Part shown: piece by piece, positions 1 through 9,955 of the stretch | Numbering within the stretch: position 1 is the stretch's first letter | Layout: each line of letters starts with the position of its first letter | Assembly: GCA_965240365.1 (NCBI GenBank) | Contig: OZ251218.1 | Coordinates: 258,689-322,688 of the forward strand | Origin: Gammaproteobacteria bacterium | Lineage (GTDB): Bacteria; Pseudomonadota; Gammaproteobacteria; Eutrophobiales; Eutrophobiaceae | Direction: 5' to 3' | DNA length: 64,000 nt | Translations under genes and position numbers: made by a program | Notes under the pieces: generated by a model | Databases searched by the model: none | What the model saw: only the letters and a program-made list of their open reading frames with translations | What the model was told of the DNA's origin: nothing

Positions 1-805
1 TGGCGCGCGCGGCCGGAATGCGCACCTTCCAGAGCATCTGTCTGGCCGTGCAACCGGCCGTGATGCCGGCCTCCAGGACCTCATCGGCGACCCGCCCGAG
101 GCCGAGTAGGGTCAGGCGCGCCATAGGCGGCACGGCAAACACGATGGTGGCGATGGCGCCGGCCCGGTGGGAAACGCCGATAAACACCGCGATGGGGATC
201 AAATAGGAAAAATGGGGCAGGGATTGCATGACATTCAGGCAGGGCCAAAGCAGGCGCTCAAAGGATTTATATTTCAATGCCAGGATCCCGAGCAACAGCC
301 CGCCAAGGGCGCTGACAGGCGCGCACACCAGCACCATGGCCAGGGTGGTCATCGCCAGCTTCCACTTGCCAAACAGGGCCAGGTAAAAAATACAGCCGCC
401 GGCCAGTAAACCCAGCCGCCAGCCCTTTAGCCAGCAGCCAAAAACGGCGAACAGGCCCGCGGTCATTATCCACGGCAAGGCCGGAAGCCCGCTCCGGTCA
501 AACCCCGAGACCAGTATGCCCTCTACCATGTCGATCAGCCATTCGACCGCGAGGGCGATAAAACGGGTCAGATCCCTGAGGCTGAACCAGACGAATATAT
601 CCTTCGTTTTCAGGAACTTGAAAATGGCATTGATCCAGTCCACAAAGGGGAGAATCAATGCCTCGGCCGGCGTATTCAACCAGGCCGGCAACAGCGGCCT
701 GGCGGCAAAAATAATAATGACCGGGAGCAGCGCCAGCCCCCACCGGTTGAGGGCCTGGCCGGGGGCCGGCCGGCGGCCGGCCAGGGCAGGTTGCGCGGCC
801 GCCAC
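1..805 (-). CDS. proW: glycine betaine/proline ABC transporter permease (ProW-like), partial; runs off the window start
   Basis: The minus-strand frame starting at a GTG that overlaps the proV stop translates to a hydrophobic N-terminus (VAAAQPALAG...LPFVDWINAIFKFLKTKDIF...) like the ProW N-terminal region. It lies downstream of proX-proV in the canonical order. It is not in the ORF track because it is truncated. Confidence 0.55.
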   Translation of the reverse strand, partial: MAAAQPALAGRRPAPGQALNRWGLALLPVIIIFAARPLLPAWLNTPAEALILPFVDWINAIFKFLKTKDIFVWFSLRDLTRFIALAVEWLIDMVEGILVSGFDRSGLPALPWIMTAGLFAVFGCWLKGWRLGLLAGGCIFYLALFGKWKLAMTTLAMVLVCAPVSALGGLLLGILALKYKSFERLLWPCLNVMQSLPHFSYLIPIAVFIGVSHRAGAIATIVFAVPPMARLTLLGLGRVADEVLEAGITAGCTARQMLWKVRIPAARA

Positions 806-1848
806 TATCCGCCCGCCACCGCGTCCGCTTTGCTAAACACGGCGTCAATAAAACGCTGACGCCGGACCAGGCCCACCACGGCCCCCTGCTCATCATGCAC
901 GGCCAGCGTATCCTGCCGGCTCTGCAATATCTCATGCGCCACGGCGGCCAGCCGCTCATCCCGGGAAATCGCCACGGCGGGGGTGACCCCGGCGGCCGGC
1001 GGTTCCATAATCGAACGCACGGTCAATACCTTTTCGCGGGCAATGCCCCTGGTAAATTCACGCACATGATCGGTCGCCGGGCTCAGCAGCAGTTGTTCCG
1101 GGGCGCCCGCCTGGTGAATCTCGCCCTCGCTCATAATGACGGTGCGGTCAGACAGGCGTATGGCCTCATCAAAATCATGCGTGATAAACACGATGGTCTT
1201 GTGCAGCCTGGACTGCAAGCGCAGGAATTCGTCCTGCATCTCGCGCCGGATCAGCGGGTCCAATGCCGAAAAAGGCTCGTCAAGAAACCAGATATCAGGG
1301 TCAACCACCAATGAGCGCGCGATCCCGACCCGCTGTTGCTGACCGCCCGAGAGTTCGTGCGGATAATAGCCTTCGCGGCCCTCAAGGCCCACCAGCGCGA
1401 TCAATTCGCGCGCGGCCGCCTGCCGTTCAGTGCGCCCCACGCCCTGTACTTCCAGCGGGAAGGCCACGTTTTCAAGCACCGTGCAGTGCGGCAACAGGGC
1501 AAAGTGTTGAAACACCATGCCCATCTTGTGGCGGCGGATTTCGATCATTTCCCTGGCCGAGGCCGCGAGTAAATCCGCGCCCTGAAAATGGATACTGCCG
1601 ACCGTCGGCTCGATCAGACGCGCCAGCAAACGCACCAACGTGGATTTACCGGAACCGCTGAGGCCCATAACAACCAGTATTTCGCCGGGATACACGGAAA
1701 TATCGACCCGGCGCACGGCGGGAATATAGCCTGACTGCCTGAGCAGCGCGGGTTCGACATTTTCCCCGTGCCGCTCAAGAAAAGCCGCGGGATCGGGCCC
1801 ATACAGCTTCCACAGTCCGCGACAGGAGATGATCGGTTCTGTATTCAC
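805..1848 (-). CDS. proV: glycine betaine/proline ABC transporter ATP-binding protein with C-terminal CBS domains
   Basis: Walker A motif GLSGSGKST, ABC signature LSGGQQQRV, Walker B/D-loop DEPFSALD, and a long C-terminal CBS-like extension. Confidence 0.9.
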   Translation of the reverse strand: MNTEPIISCRGLWKLYGPDPAAFLERHGENVEPALLRQSGYIPAVRRVDISVYPGEILVVMGLSGSGKSTLVRLLARLIEPTVGSIHFQGADLLAASAREMIEIRRHKMGMVFQHFALLPHCTVLENVAFPLEVQGVGRTERQAAARELIALVGLEGREGYYPHELSGGQQQRVGIARSLVVDPDIWFLDEPFSALDPLIRREMQDEFLRLQSRLHKTIVFITHDFDEAIRLSDRTVIMSEGEIHQAGAPEQLLLSPATDHVREFTRGIAREKVLTVRSIMEPPAAGVTPAVAISRDERLAAVAHEILQSRQDTLAVHDEQGAVVGLVRRQRFIDAVFSKADAVAGG

Positions 1849-1915
1849 CGTTGATTTGTGATCTGTAAAATCATTTCAACAGGAAAGTGCGAGGTGGACT
1901 TGTGCAGACTTTTTC

Positions 1916-2860
1916 TTATTTCCCCCAGGCCAGCCACTTTGCCTCATTATCGGCCAGCCATTTGTCGGCCGCTTCTTCAGGCTCCATGCCGTCAATGTCG
2001 GCCAGTTTGGCCATGAGCGCTATATCGGCATTGCTGAATGTCAGTTGTTGCAGGACCCGGTAAGCCTTTGGCCATTTTTCCTCGAAGCCCTGCCATACGC
2101 CGATCTTCAGATAACCGTCCTTCGGGTTGCCGCAGTCATGGGTCTTGTCGGGATTCAGCCCCCAGGCCGGCTCTTCCTTGCACTTTGCGTCATACTCGGG
2201 GAATTCAATGAATTTTCCGGCATAGACGGCCTCAATGAAATTGGGCGTCCAGTTAAACAGGACGATTGGCTTCTGCTGTTTCGAGGCCGCCGCCAGTTCG
2301 GCCCACAAGGCCGCGGCCGAACCCGCGTTGACGACCTGGAAATTCATGCCCAGACCCTCGACCCGTTCCTTGTCGTACTTCAGCCAGTCCACCGGCCCGG
2401 CCAGAAAACGCCCTTTGGCGCCGGTCTCGGCAACGGCAAAAAGCGCCGCGCACCGGTTCAATGCCTGCCAGTCGGGCAGGCCGGGACATTGCCGCTCGAC
2501 ATAGTCGGGATACCACCATTCCTCGCGCGTCTTGGCCGCATGGGTGGCGATATCAATGACACAACCTTCACGCACGACTTTTTCAAAGGCGACGCCGAAC
2601 GCCCCCTGCCAGACTTCATGCACAAGATGCACATCGCCTTCACACATGGAGGTATAAACCACCTGACTGTCGGACGGCACATATTCGGTCTTGTAGCCAT
2701 GATGATTCAGTATCTTGCCGACAATATGGGCGCCGACAATCTGGCTGGACCAATTATGAATCGGGATATTGATCGGGTCGCCGGATTCCGCCAGAACAGG
2801 CAGGGCCAGCGCGGCAAGGATAAGCGACAGTAATAATCGCCTGCTTGATTTATAACTCAT
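1916..2860 (-). CDS. proX: glycine betaine ABC transporter substrate-binding protein, secreted
   Basis: Signal peptide MSYKSSRRLLLSLILAALALPVLA. Size and aromatic-rich composition fit a ProX/OpuAC-type binding protein. It sits directly upstream of proV. Confidence 0.8.
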   Translation of the reverse strand: MSYKSSRRLLLSLILAALALPVLAESGDPINIPIHNWSSQIVGAHIVGKILNHHGYKTEYVPSDSQVVYTSMCEGDVHLVHEVWQGAFGVAFEKVVREGCVIDIATHAAKTREEWWYPDYVERQCPGLPDWQALNRCAALFAVAETGAKGRFLAGPVDWLKYDKERVEGLGMNFQVVNAGSAAALWAELAAASKQQKPIVLFNWTPNFIEAVYAGKFIEFPEYDAKCKEEPAWGLNPDKTHDCGNPKDGYLKIGVWQGFEEKWPKAYRVLQQLTFSNADIALMAKLADIDGMEPEEAADKWLADNEAKWLAWGK

Positions 2861-2962
2861 GGTGGTGCTCCTCTCTGATTTTATCTGGATTACAACGGCC
2901 CTTGTAATCAGAAACGGCCGTGTATCGATCTGCTTATTTTCATTTTCTGGGGGGCGGGGTCC

Positions 2963-3349
2963 CTAACTGAACTTCTCATAGGCCCTTCTCAAGTCCACCA
3001 GCGGGTGGTTGGGCGACATCTGAAACTTGACCAGCAATTCGCGCGCGATCATATCACGCTCCTGCTGATTGTCGGGCAGATCTATGGATTCCGGCACCGT
3101 CACCCAGCCGTTGATGTTGCGGTCAAACACGGCCGCCCGGCCTTCTTCATAGCCCATATGCACATCTTCCAGCCAGTTCAGGTCTTGCCAGCCCATGATC
3201 TCGATGTATTTTTTGAGGAAGGGGGTGATTATGTTGAGATCCGGCACCAGGTTTACGTCATAACGGTAACCGATATGCTGGCCGATGATCTTTTCGCGTT
3301 CGCTGTCGAGGCCATCGCTCTCCAAAAAATGATCAATATCTTTGCTCAT
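2963..3349 (-). CDS. hypothetical acidic 128-aa protein at the distal end of module 1
   Basis: Clean ORF co-directional with and 55 nt downstream of the FMN-domain gene. No motif recognised. Confidence 0.45.
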   Translation of the reverse strand: MSKDIDHFLESDGLDSEREKIIGQHIGYRYDVNLVPDLNIITPFLKKYIEIMGWQDLNWLEDVHMGYEEGRAAVFDRNINGWVTVPESIDLPDNQQERDMIARELLVKFQMSPNHPLVDLRRAYEKFS

Positions 3350-3404
3350 GTTCTTCTCCCGCCGCGCTTATCCGGCTGGCTAAAAAAGCAGGGTATTCCT
3401 TACT

Positions 3405-4748
3405 TCAGAAACGGGTCATGTCGGGGCAGCCTACGGTATGCTGGGAACCGGCCAGCGGCACTTGCGCGAGCGCGGAGGCTTCCATCGTCAGGGCCGCCAG
3501 GTCTTCCGGTTCGAGCGAATGAATATTGGTCTTGCCGCAGGCGCGGGCAAAAAGCTGCGCTTCTATCGCCAGGGTGTGCAGAAAGTTGTAAACGCGCACC
3601 GCGGCCTCGTCCGGGTTCAGGCGTTGGCGCAGTTTTGGATCCTGGGTGGCGATACCGACCGGGCAGCGACCGGTATGGCAGTGGTAACAGTAGCCCGCCT
3701 CGACCCCCAATTCATTTTCATAATCGGCCTCGGGGATATCCTTGTTACAGTTCATCGCCATCATGGCCGAGTGACCGATCGCAACGGCGTCGGCGCCGAG
3801 GGCGATGGCCTTGGCCAAGTCCGCGCCGTTGCGAATCCCGCCGGCATAGATCAGGGATATTTTGCCTTCCATGCCCACTTCCTGGATGGCGCGGCGGGCC
3901 TGCCGGATCGCGGCGATGCCGGGCACCCCGGTGTCTTCCGTGGCCAGATGCGGCCCGGCCCCGGTGCCGCCTTCCATGCCGTCTATGTATATGGAATCGG
4001 GATCGGTCTTGGCCGCCATGCGCACGTCATCATAGACCCGGGCCGCGCCCAGTTTTAACTGGATCGGGATCTGCCAGTCCGTCGCTTCACGAATTTCCTC
4101 GATCTTCAGGGCGAGGTCGTCCGGCCCCATCCAGTCCGGGTGACGCGCCGGTGAACGCTGGTCGATACCGGCCGGCAAGGAACGCATCTCCGCCACCTGA
4201 TCGGTCACTTTTTGTCCCATCAGGTGCCCGCCCAGGCCCACCTTGCAGCCCTGACCAATGAAGAATTCAACGCCATCGGCGAGCCGCAGATGTTGCGGAT
4301 TAAAACCGTAACGGGATTGAATACATTGATAGAACCATTTTTCCGAATAGCGGCGTTCATCCGGGATCATGCCGCCTTCGCCGGAGCAGGTCGCGGTGCC
4401 GGCCATGGTCGCCCCGCGGGCCAGCGCGGTCTTGGCTTCGTAGCTCAACGCGCCAAAGCTCATGCCGGTGATGTAAACCGGGATGTCCAGTTCCAGCGGC
4501 CGTTTGGCGCGCGGGCCGATGATGGTCCGGGTCGCGCATTTTTCCCGGTAGCCCTCGATCACAAAGCGGGTCAGCGTGCCCGGCATAAAGGTCAGGTCAT
4601 CCCAGGTCGGGATCTTTTTGAACAGTGAAAAGCCGCGCATCCGGTAGCGGCCGAGTTCGGCCTTGACATGGATGTCGTTGATCACTTCGGGCGGAAAGAT
4701 AAAACTCTTTCCCAACTGATATTTTTTGGCTTCTTTTACGGCAGACAT
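3405..4748 (-). CDS. glutamate synthase FMN-binding central domain protein (GltB domain 2; MgsC/GlxD-like), module 1
   Basis: GltB central-domain motifs: GMSFGALS, GEGG, QGAKPG-like GQGCKVGLGGHL, SGGIRNG, CHTGRCPVGIATQDP. The start was chosen at the internal ATG preceded by a GAGAGGG RBS. Confidence 0.85.
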   Translation of the reverse strand: MSAVKEAKKYQLGKSFIFPPEVINDIHVKAELGRYRMRGFSLFKKIPTWDDLTFMPGTLTRFVIEGYREKCATRTIIGPRAKRPLELDIPVYITGMSFGALSYEAKTALARGATMAGTATCSGEGGMIPDERRYSEKWFYQCIQSRYGFNPQHLRLADGVEFFIGQGCKVGLGGHLMGQKVTDQVAEMRSLPAGIDQRSPARHPDWMGPDDLALKIEEIREATDWQIPIQLKLGAARVYDDVRMAAKTDPDSIYIDGMEGGTGAGPHLATEDTGVPGIAAIRQARRAIQEVGMEGKISLIYAGGIRNGADLAKAIALGADAVAIGHSAMMAMNCNKDIPEADYENELGVEAGYCYHCHTGRCPVGIATQDPKLRQRLNPDEAAVRVYNFLHTLAIEAQLFARACGKTNIHSLEPEDLAALTMEASALAQVPLAGSQHTVGCPDMTRF

Positions 4749-4770
4749 AATTTTTACCCTCTCGTGGTTT

Positions 4771-5613
4771 TTACAGCACCAGTTTCTTTTCGGTCGGCTC
4801 CAGATTGTCATAGTTCCATAACTGTTTGCCTGACTCGATCTTGCTCATGTTTTCAACGCCATCCGGCGCGGACAGCCCATACAAACGGAGCTTGTGTTCA
4901 AGGTATTGAATATCAAGTTCGGTTAAATCGGCCTGCACGGCGTCCACGCCCAGGCTTTTGGCCTTGCCGCCCAGATAGATCGTGCCGTCGTACATGGAAT
5001 CACCGAGATTTTCGCCGGCATCGCCCAAGATGATCAGCCGGCCGCGCTGCATCATAAAACCGGTAAAGGCCCCCACGCTGTCACCGACAATGATAGTGCC
5101 GCCCTTCTGGTCAATGCCGACCCGGGCGCCGGCGCGCCCTTTGCAAACCAGATCGCCGCCCCGGATCGCGGCGCCGAACAATGAGCCGGCATTCTTTTCA
5201 ATCACGACCGTGCCGGCCAGCATATTTTCGCCGCATGACCAGCCCACGCGGCCATTGATGCGGACATTCGGCCCGTCGATCAAGCCGCAGGCGAAATAAC
5301 CCAAGCTGCCCTCAAAATCCAGCTTAAGGCGATTGAGGATGCCCACCCCCAGGGCATGTTTGCCCATTGGATTGGTAATCGTGATCGCGCCATAACCTTC
5401 CTTCATCAGTTCCCGCAGCCGGCGATTGATCTCGGAGTTGCTCATTTCGGCGCAGTCGAATTCCGCTGCCTTGTCGAAATCTACGGCATAGGCATAGGCA
5501 TGCACAAAGTTTTCTTCCTCGGAAGACGAGAAATAAATTTGCTGGCTGCGCCCGGCCAGTTGTTCATCGTGCATCCCCATTGCATGGGATTTATGTTCTT
5601 CTACGCCTGCCAT
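4771..5613 (-). CDS. glutamate synthase GXGXG-domain protein (GltB C-terminal domain; MgsB/GlxC-like), module 1
   Basis: Repeated glycine-rich GxGxG motifs typical of the GltB C-terminal domain: GDLVCKGRAGARVG, IIVGDSVGAFTGFMM, LIILGDAGENLGDSM. Confidence 0.85.
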   Translation of the reverse strand: MAGVEEHKSHAMGMHDEQLAGRSQQIYFSSSEEENFVHAYAYAVDFDKAAEFDCAEMSNSEINRRLRELMKEGYGAITITNPMGKHALGVGILNRLKLDFEGSLGYFACGLIDGPNVRINGRVGWSCGENMLAGTVVIEKNAGSLFGAAIRGGDLVCKGRAGARVGIDQKGGTIIVGDSVGAFTGFMMQRGRLIILGDAGENLGDSMYDGTIYLGGKAKSLGVDAVQADLTELDIQYLEHKLRLYGLSAPDGVENMSKIESGKQLWNYDNLEPTEKKLVL

Positions 5614-6539
5614 ACCAGCACCTCTCCTTCGTAGGGATCAAAAGTGTCAATCTCGCGCGGGAAGATGCTGCGTATCGCAATTTCTTCCGATGCCAGCCCG
5701 ACAAATTCATCACTTTCATAAACGACCATGGGCTTTGCCGCCATGGTGTCTTTGGCCATGCCTAATTGATCACGGGTCGCTACCAGATAGGAAAACACGC
5801 CGTCAAGGTATTTAACGGAACTGTTCATGGCCGTTTCCAGGTCATCGCCCTGGCGCATGCGATCGGCGATATAGACCGCGATCAGTTCAGAGTCGCAGTT
5901 GGACATAAAGCGGTGGCCGCGCCGCTCCAGGTCGCGGCGGTGGCTCCAGTAATTGGTCAACTGGCCATTGTGCACCAGCGACACATCACTGAACGGATAG
6001 GCCCAATAGGGATGGGCGGAACGAATATCCACATCGGACTCCGTGGCCATGCGGCTGTGGCCTATGGCATGGGTGCCCTCAAAGCCGGCCAGGTCATATT
6101 GCGCGGACACGGTGCTGGAATCGCCGAGATCCTTGATCAACTCCAGCGCGTTGCCCAGGGACAACACTTCGACCCCCTCGATGTCCTCGATGTAATCAAT
6201 CAGGCGGGTCATATCGCCAGCGAAACCGAACACATAACGATGCGAGTATTCGGTCGCGGCCGCTTGGTCTTTAAGCCTGACCCCCATTTCCCGCAAACGG
6301 GTCTTGACCGTCTGTTCGCGTTCCTTGATCTGTTTATGGATATAAAATCCGGTACGCAGATCTTCCTGCTCGGCCGTTTTGAAACGCATGACATAATCGT
6401 CCTTGTCCGCCTTGCCATAAAGGGCAAAACCGGTTGAATCCGGCCCCCTGTGCTTCAGCGCCTGCAACATTGAGGTCATTTCCATGCCGATGTTCGAGGT
6501 CGTGCCTCCCTTCCAGATAAGTCCGGCAATACCACACAT
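5601..6539 (-). CDS. class-II (Ntn) glutamine amidotransferase domain protein (GltB N-terminal domain; MgsA/GlxB-like), module 1
   Basis: N-terminal MCGIAGL with catalytic Cys at position 2, and a HNGQLTNY-type motif. Confidence 0.85.
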   Translation of the reverse strand: MCGIAGLIWKGGTTSNIGMEMTSMLQALKHRGPDSTGFALYGKADKDDYVMRFKTAEQEDLRTGFYIHKQIKEREQTVKTRLREMGVRLKDQAAATEYSHRYVFGFAGDMTRLIDYIEDIEGVEVLSLGNALELIKDLGDSSTVSAQYDLAGFEGTHAIGHSRMATESDVDIRSAHPYWAYPFSDVSLVHNGQLTNYWSHRRDLERRGHRFMSNCDSELIAVYIADRMRQGDDLETAMNSSVKYLDGVFSYLVATRDQLGMAKDTMAAKPMVVYESDEFVGLASEEIAIRSIFPREIDTFDPYEGEVLVWQA

Positions 6540-6559
6540 AATTCTTTTGCCTCTTGAAT

Positions 6560-6780
6560 TAATAACAAATTACAGCCTTGAATCTGGCGCTGTAAACAGA
6601 AACTACGGGTTATTCAACACCCCGGCATCCTTTCCCTGGATTCCTCGGCAGCTTGTTCCAGACCTGCCTGCAGCAGGCAGGCGCTGCTCTACCACCTGCG
6701 TCCATGCAGGCGGGCTTTCGCTGGAATGACGATGGAGTGATACGGACAAATCACGGCAATCCCGGTTTTCACTCCCGCTC
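6560..6780. repeat. composite small repeat (palindromic unit CCTGCCTGCAGCAGGCAGG plus a ggctttcgctggaatgac unit) in the GS-like/amidotransferase intergenic gap
   Basis: The sequence recurs near 41540-41660, 43920-43990 and 48780-48900 in this window. Confidence 0.6.
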
Positions 6781-6805
6781 CTGGCATCACTGAATCAGGA
6801 TTTCC

Positions 6806-8278
6806 TCAAGGCAGACAATCCATATAGGTTTCGCGGTCCCAGTCCGTGACCATGTGATTGAATCTTTCCCACTCGTCATTCTTGTAGTGCATGTAAACAT
6901 CATACATTTCGCCCGGCAGGGCCGACTTAATGATGTCATCCTGCTGCAGTTTTTCGAGCGCCGCGCCCAGTGACATCGGCAGTTTCCTGACCTGCTTGCC
7001 GGCGTCCATGGCCTCGTAAATATTGCGTTCTTCCGGTTCGCCCGGATCCAGATCGCGCGTGATCCCGTCATCAAACGCCTTTAACAGGGCCGCGGCCATC
7101 AGGTACGGATTCACCATGGAATCCACGGAACGATATTCGAAGCGGCCCGGCGCCGAGACGCGCAGGGCGCAGGTGCGGTTTTGATAGCCCCAGTCGGCGA
7201 ACACCGGCGCCCAGAAACCGGTGTCCCACAGGCGCCGGTATGAGTTGACCGTTGATGAGCCGATTGCGGTCAATGCTCCCAGATGTTTAATCACGCCACC
7301 GATGGCTTGCAGACCGACCGGCCCCGGTTTGCGCGCGTCAATTTCCGGCGCCGGCAGAAACAGATTCTCGCCGCCTTCAAGATAGGTAAAGACCCCCGCC
7401 ATGGCCGGCAGTGTGTCCTGATGCAGGTTTTTAACCTTGTCTTCGCCGCCGCGCCATAAAGAGACGTTATGATGACAACCCGAGGCCGACACGCTCATAA
7501 ACGGTTTGGTCATAAAACAGGCAATCAGGTTTTGCTCACGGGCAACCTGGGCGCAGATCTGGCGATAGGTCGTCAGGCGATCACAATTACGCATCACTTC
7601 ATCAAACATCCAGTTCAATTCCAGTTGGCCCGGCGCGTCTTCATGGTCGCCCTGAATCATGTCAAAGCCCATTTTCTGGGCGTATTCGATCACTTTTATT
7701 GAAGCGGGACGCAGTTCTTCAAATTGATCGATGTGATAACAGTTGGGCTTGGTCACGCCGCCATCGGGGCGGCCGTCTTCGCCCCGTTTTAACCACATCA
7801 TTTCCGGTTCGGTGCCGATTCGAAGATGCAGGCCATTGTGCTTCTGCTTGAACGCCTCGTGGATGATACGCAGGTTGCCGCGGCAATCCGAGCTTAAATG
7901 CGCGCCCGGATTTTCCTTTTCTTCGCGGTTGCGGAAACAGGTGCAGAAGACCCGGGCAAAGCGTTTGTCCCAGGGCAGTTGACAGAAGGTCTCCGGGTCC
8001 GGGATGCCCACCAGTTCCGACGCCTCCGGCCCGTAGCCGATGTAATTGCCGTGCCGGTCGATGAACAGGTTGGCCGTTGAACCATAAACCAGTTGAAAGC
8101 CTCTTTCGGCAATGCGTTCCCAATGATCGGCCGGGGCCCCTTTACCCACGATACGGCCCGTTACCGAGACAAACTGAAAATAAATATAGGTGATACCCAG
8201 TTCGTCAATCTTTGCGCGTACCTGTTCGACCCGTTCGGCCCGGCCCGGCGCTGCCACATGCGCTTCCAGTTCTGTCAT
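6806..8278 (-). CDS. glutamine synthetase family protein, type III/GmaS/PuuA-like gamma-glutamyl ligase (490 aa), module 1
   Basis: GS catalytic-domain conservation (NGLHLRIGTEPEMMW, HEDAPGQLELNW) and an N-terminal beta-grasp region. Its length and position match a gamma-glutamyl-amide synthetase next to split-GOGAT genes. Confidence 0.8.
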   Translation of the reverse strand: MTELEAHVAAPGRAERVEQVRAKIDELGITYIYFQFVSVTGRIVGKGAPADHWERIAERGFQLVYGSTANLFIDRHGNYIGYGPEASELVGIPDPETFCQLPWDKRFARVFCTCFRNREEKENPGAHLSSDCRGNLRIIHEAFKQKHNGLHLRIGTEPEMMWLKRGEDGRPDGGVTKPNCYHIDQFEELRPASIKVIEYAQKMGFDMIQGDHEDAPGQLELNWMFDEVMRNCDRLTTYRQICAQVAREQNLIACFMTKPFMSVSASGCHHNVSLWRGGEDKVKNLHQDTLPAMAGVFTYLEGGENLFLPAPEIDARKPGPVGLQAIGGVIKHLGALTAIGSSTVNSYRRLWDTGFWAPVFADWGYQNRTCALRVSAPGRFEYRSVDSMVNPYLMAAALLKAFDDGITRDLDPGEPEERNIYEAMDAGKQVRKLPMSLGAALEKLQQDDIIKSALPGEMYDVYMHYKNDEWERFNHMVTDWDRETYMDCLP

Positions 8279-8391
8279 TTTGCTGACTCCCTATTTCGTT
8301 ATGAATCTTTTTCCGCTTGCCTTTCCGCTGGCAACACGGCGCTCTGGCGGCCCTTGTAGAGACGCGAAATTTTACGTCTCCAGCGTCCGGC

Positions 8392-9735
8392 TCAACTCCA
8401 TGGAAAAGGACTGTTGGATACCGGATGCAGACGGCCTTCACGGTACCTTGAAAACCGGAATGGTTCAAGCAGGCGGGAAGCATGTCCCATGATCTCGCCG
8501 GCGACCAGCTTGCCGACGCCCAGCATCTTGTAGCCATGATTCGAATCGGCAATGAAATAACAGTTTTCACGAAATACATCAAACACGGGGAAACTGTCGG
8601 GGGTGAAGGCGCCAATGCCGCCGGACGCCTCCTTTTTATAGACGCCGAGCCGCCCTTCAAAGCGTTTTTGACAATGGGCCAATGCCGAGCACCACATGTG
8701 GGCAAAGTCCTCGCCCATGACATAGTCCGGTGATTCCGGGCCATAGGGATCAACGGCCACCTCATCCGGGTCAGTGCTGATCGGACAGGGGGCCGCCCCG
8801 CCCTGGACGCCGCCAAAATTAAAATCGGGCTTGTAGTAGATGCCCCACATCTCGTCGCTGATCAAGCTGCCGTTGACATCCGAATAAAGGGGCGCGTCAC
8901 TGTCAACATGGATAACCGGCGGTGTCCGGCCGTCATTCGTTTTAAGATAATTCGGATCGACGCCCAGGGTGCCTTCCTGCAAGGACCAGTAAATCCACAT
9001 ATTGATATCGGTATGCAGGCTGCCGTCGGCGGCCTTGACGCTGATCGTCTTCGGCAAGGCCAGCATATCCCAAAAGCGCTTTGCCCAGGGACCGGCGCCA
9101 ACGATGACATAATCGCACTCAATGCTGCCCTGATCGGTTTCGACCGCGCTGATCGCGGCGCTGCCGTTGGCGCTCTTAAAGCCGGTCACCGTGACACCGG
9201 ATTCAATCCTGACGCCTTCCGCCTCGGCCTTGCCGGCCAGGCCATACATCGACTTGCGATTGTGCGCATAACCGCCGCGCTTTTCATGCAGGACAGAGGT
9301 GATACCCTGGGCCTGCCAGTCATCAAACAGGGCTTTCATATATTTGCGGCTGTCGGCGGCGCCCTCGACAAAGACCGATTCATAGCCGATATCCCTTTGC
9401 TGATCGGCGATGGCCGCCACATCTGCGCGCATGGATTCCGGGCTGATCTGCAAATAACCGACCGGCCGGTAGGCGTAGGCCTCTGTATCCGCCTCCCAGA
9501 TATCAACGCTGTGCGCCATGAGTTCGCGCATCGCGGGTTGATAGTAATTGTTTCGAATCACGCCGCAGGCGATACCGGAGGCCCCGGCGGCAATGCCGCG
9601 CTTGTCAATAACCAGAATATCAACGCCGCCGCCCCTGCCGCCGGCCTTTAGTTCAAGGGCAAGATGATAAGCCGTGCTCAAGCCATGAATGCCGGCGCCA
9701 ATAATTAAATACTTGCTGTGTGTCGGGAATGTCAT
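8392..9735 (-). CDS. FAD-dependent oxidoreductase (sarcosine oxidase beta / gamma-glutamyl-amine oxidase PuuB-like)
   Basis: Rossmann dinucleotide motif IIGAGIHGLSTAYHLA near the N-terminus. The start was chosen at the ATG preceded by a GAGGGGG RBS (MTFPTH...). Confidence 0.75.
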   Translation of the reverse strand: MTFPTHSKYLIIGAGIHGLSTAYHLALELKAGGRGGGVDILVIDKRGIAAGASGIACGVIRNNYYQPAMRELMAHSVDIWEADTEAYAYRPVGYLQISPESMRADVAAIADQQRDIGYESVFVEGAADSRKYMKALFDDWQAQGITSVLHEKRGGYAHNRKSMYGLAGKAEAEGVRIESGVTVTGFKSANGSAAISAVETDQGSIECDYVIVGAGPWAKRFWDMLALPKTISVKAADGSLHTDINMWIYWSLQEGTLGVDPNYLKTNDGRTPPVIHVDSDAPLYSDVNGSLISDEMWGIYYKPDFNFGGVQGGAAPCPISTDPDEVAVDPYGPESPDYVMGEDFAHMWCSALAHCQKRFEGRLGVYKKEASGGIGAFTPDSFPVFDVFRENCYFIADSNHGYKMLGVGKLVAGEIMGHASRLLEPFRFSRYREGRLHPVSNSPFPWS

Positions 9736-9955
9736 GTGGCCCCCTCGTTCAAGATAAAAACATAACATTAAATGAACCGGGAATAACCGATTACAATCTC
9801 ATATTCGATTGTTGCAAGGCAGCGGTCAATTTATCTGTCGATATACCACTTCGGTGGTAAATGTTGGCGCCTTAAACTTTCCCGGCGACGGCAAACTTTA
9901 CGCGATTTTGTCCTTTATCCTTGCAAATCAGGCAGATTTTGCCTAATTTACAAGG

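Noticed and set aside
498-959. 153-aa minus-strand ORF listed in the track at the proV/proW junction
   Set aside because: It is in the wrong frame. The hydrophobic ProW-like frame starts at the GTG that overlaps the proV stop and runs off the window.
3005-4261. 418-aa plus-strand ORF rich in Arg and Pro, antisense to the FMN-domain gene
   Set aside because: A typical spurious antisense ORF in high-GC DNA. It has a low-complexity RP-rich composition and fully overlaps a gene that has strong motifs.
3405-9735. Calling module 1 a complete N-methylglutamate methylamine pathway (gmaS-mgsABC-mgdABCD)
   Set aside because: Only a single SoxB-like FAD oxidase is present. The mgdB, mgdC and mgdD dehydrogenase subunits are absent from the window, so only the architecture is reported.
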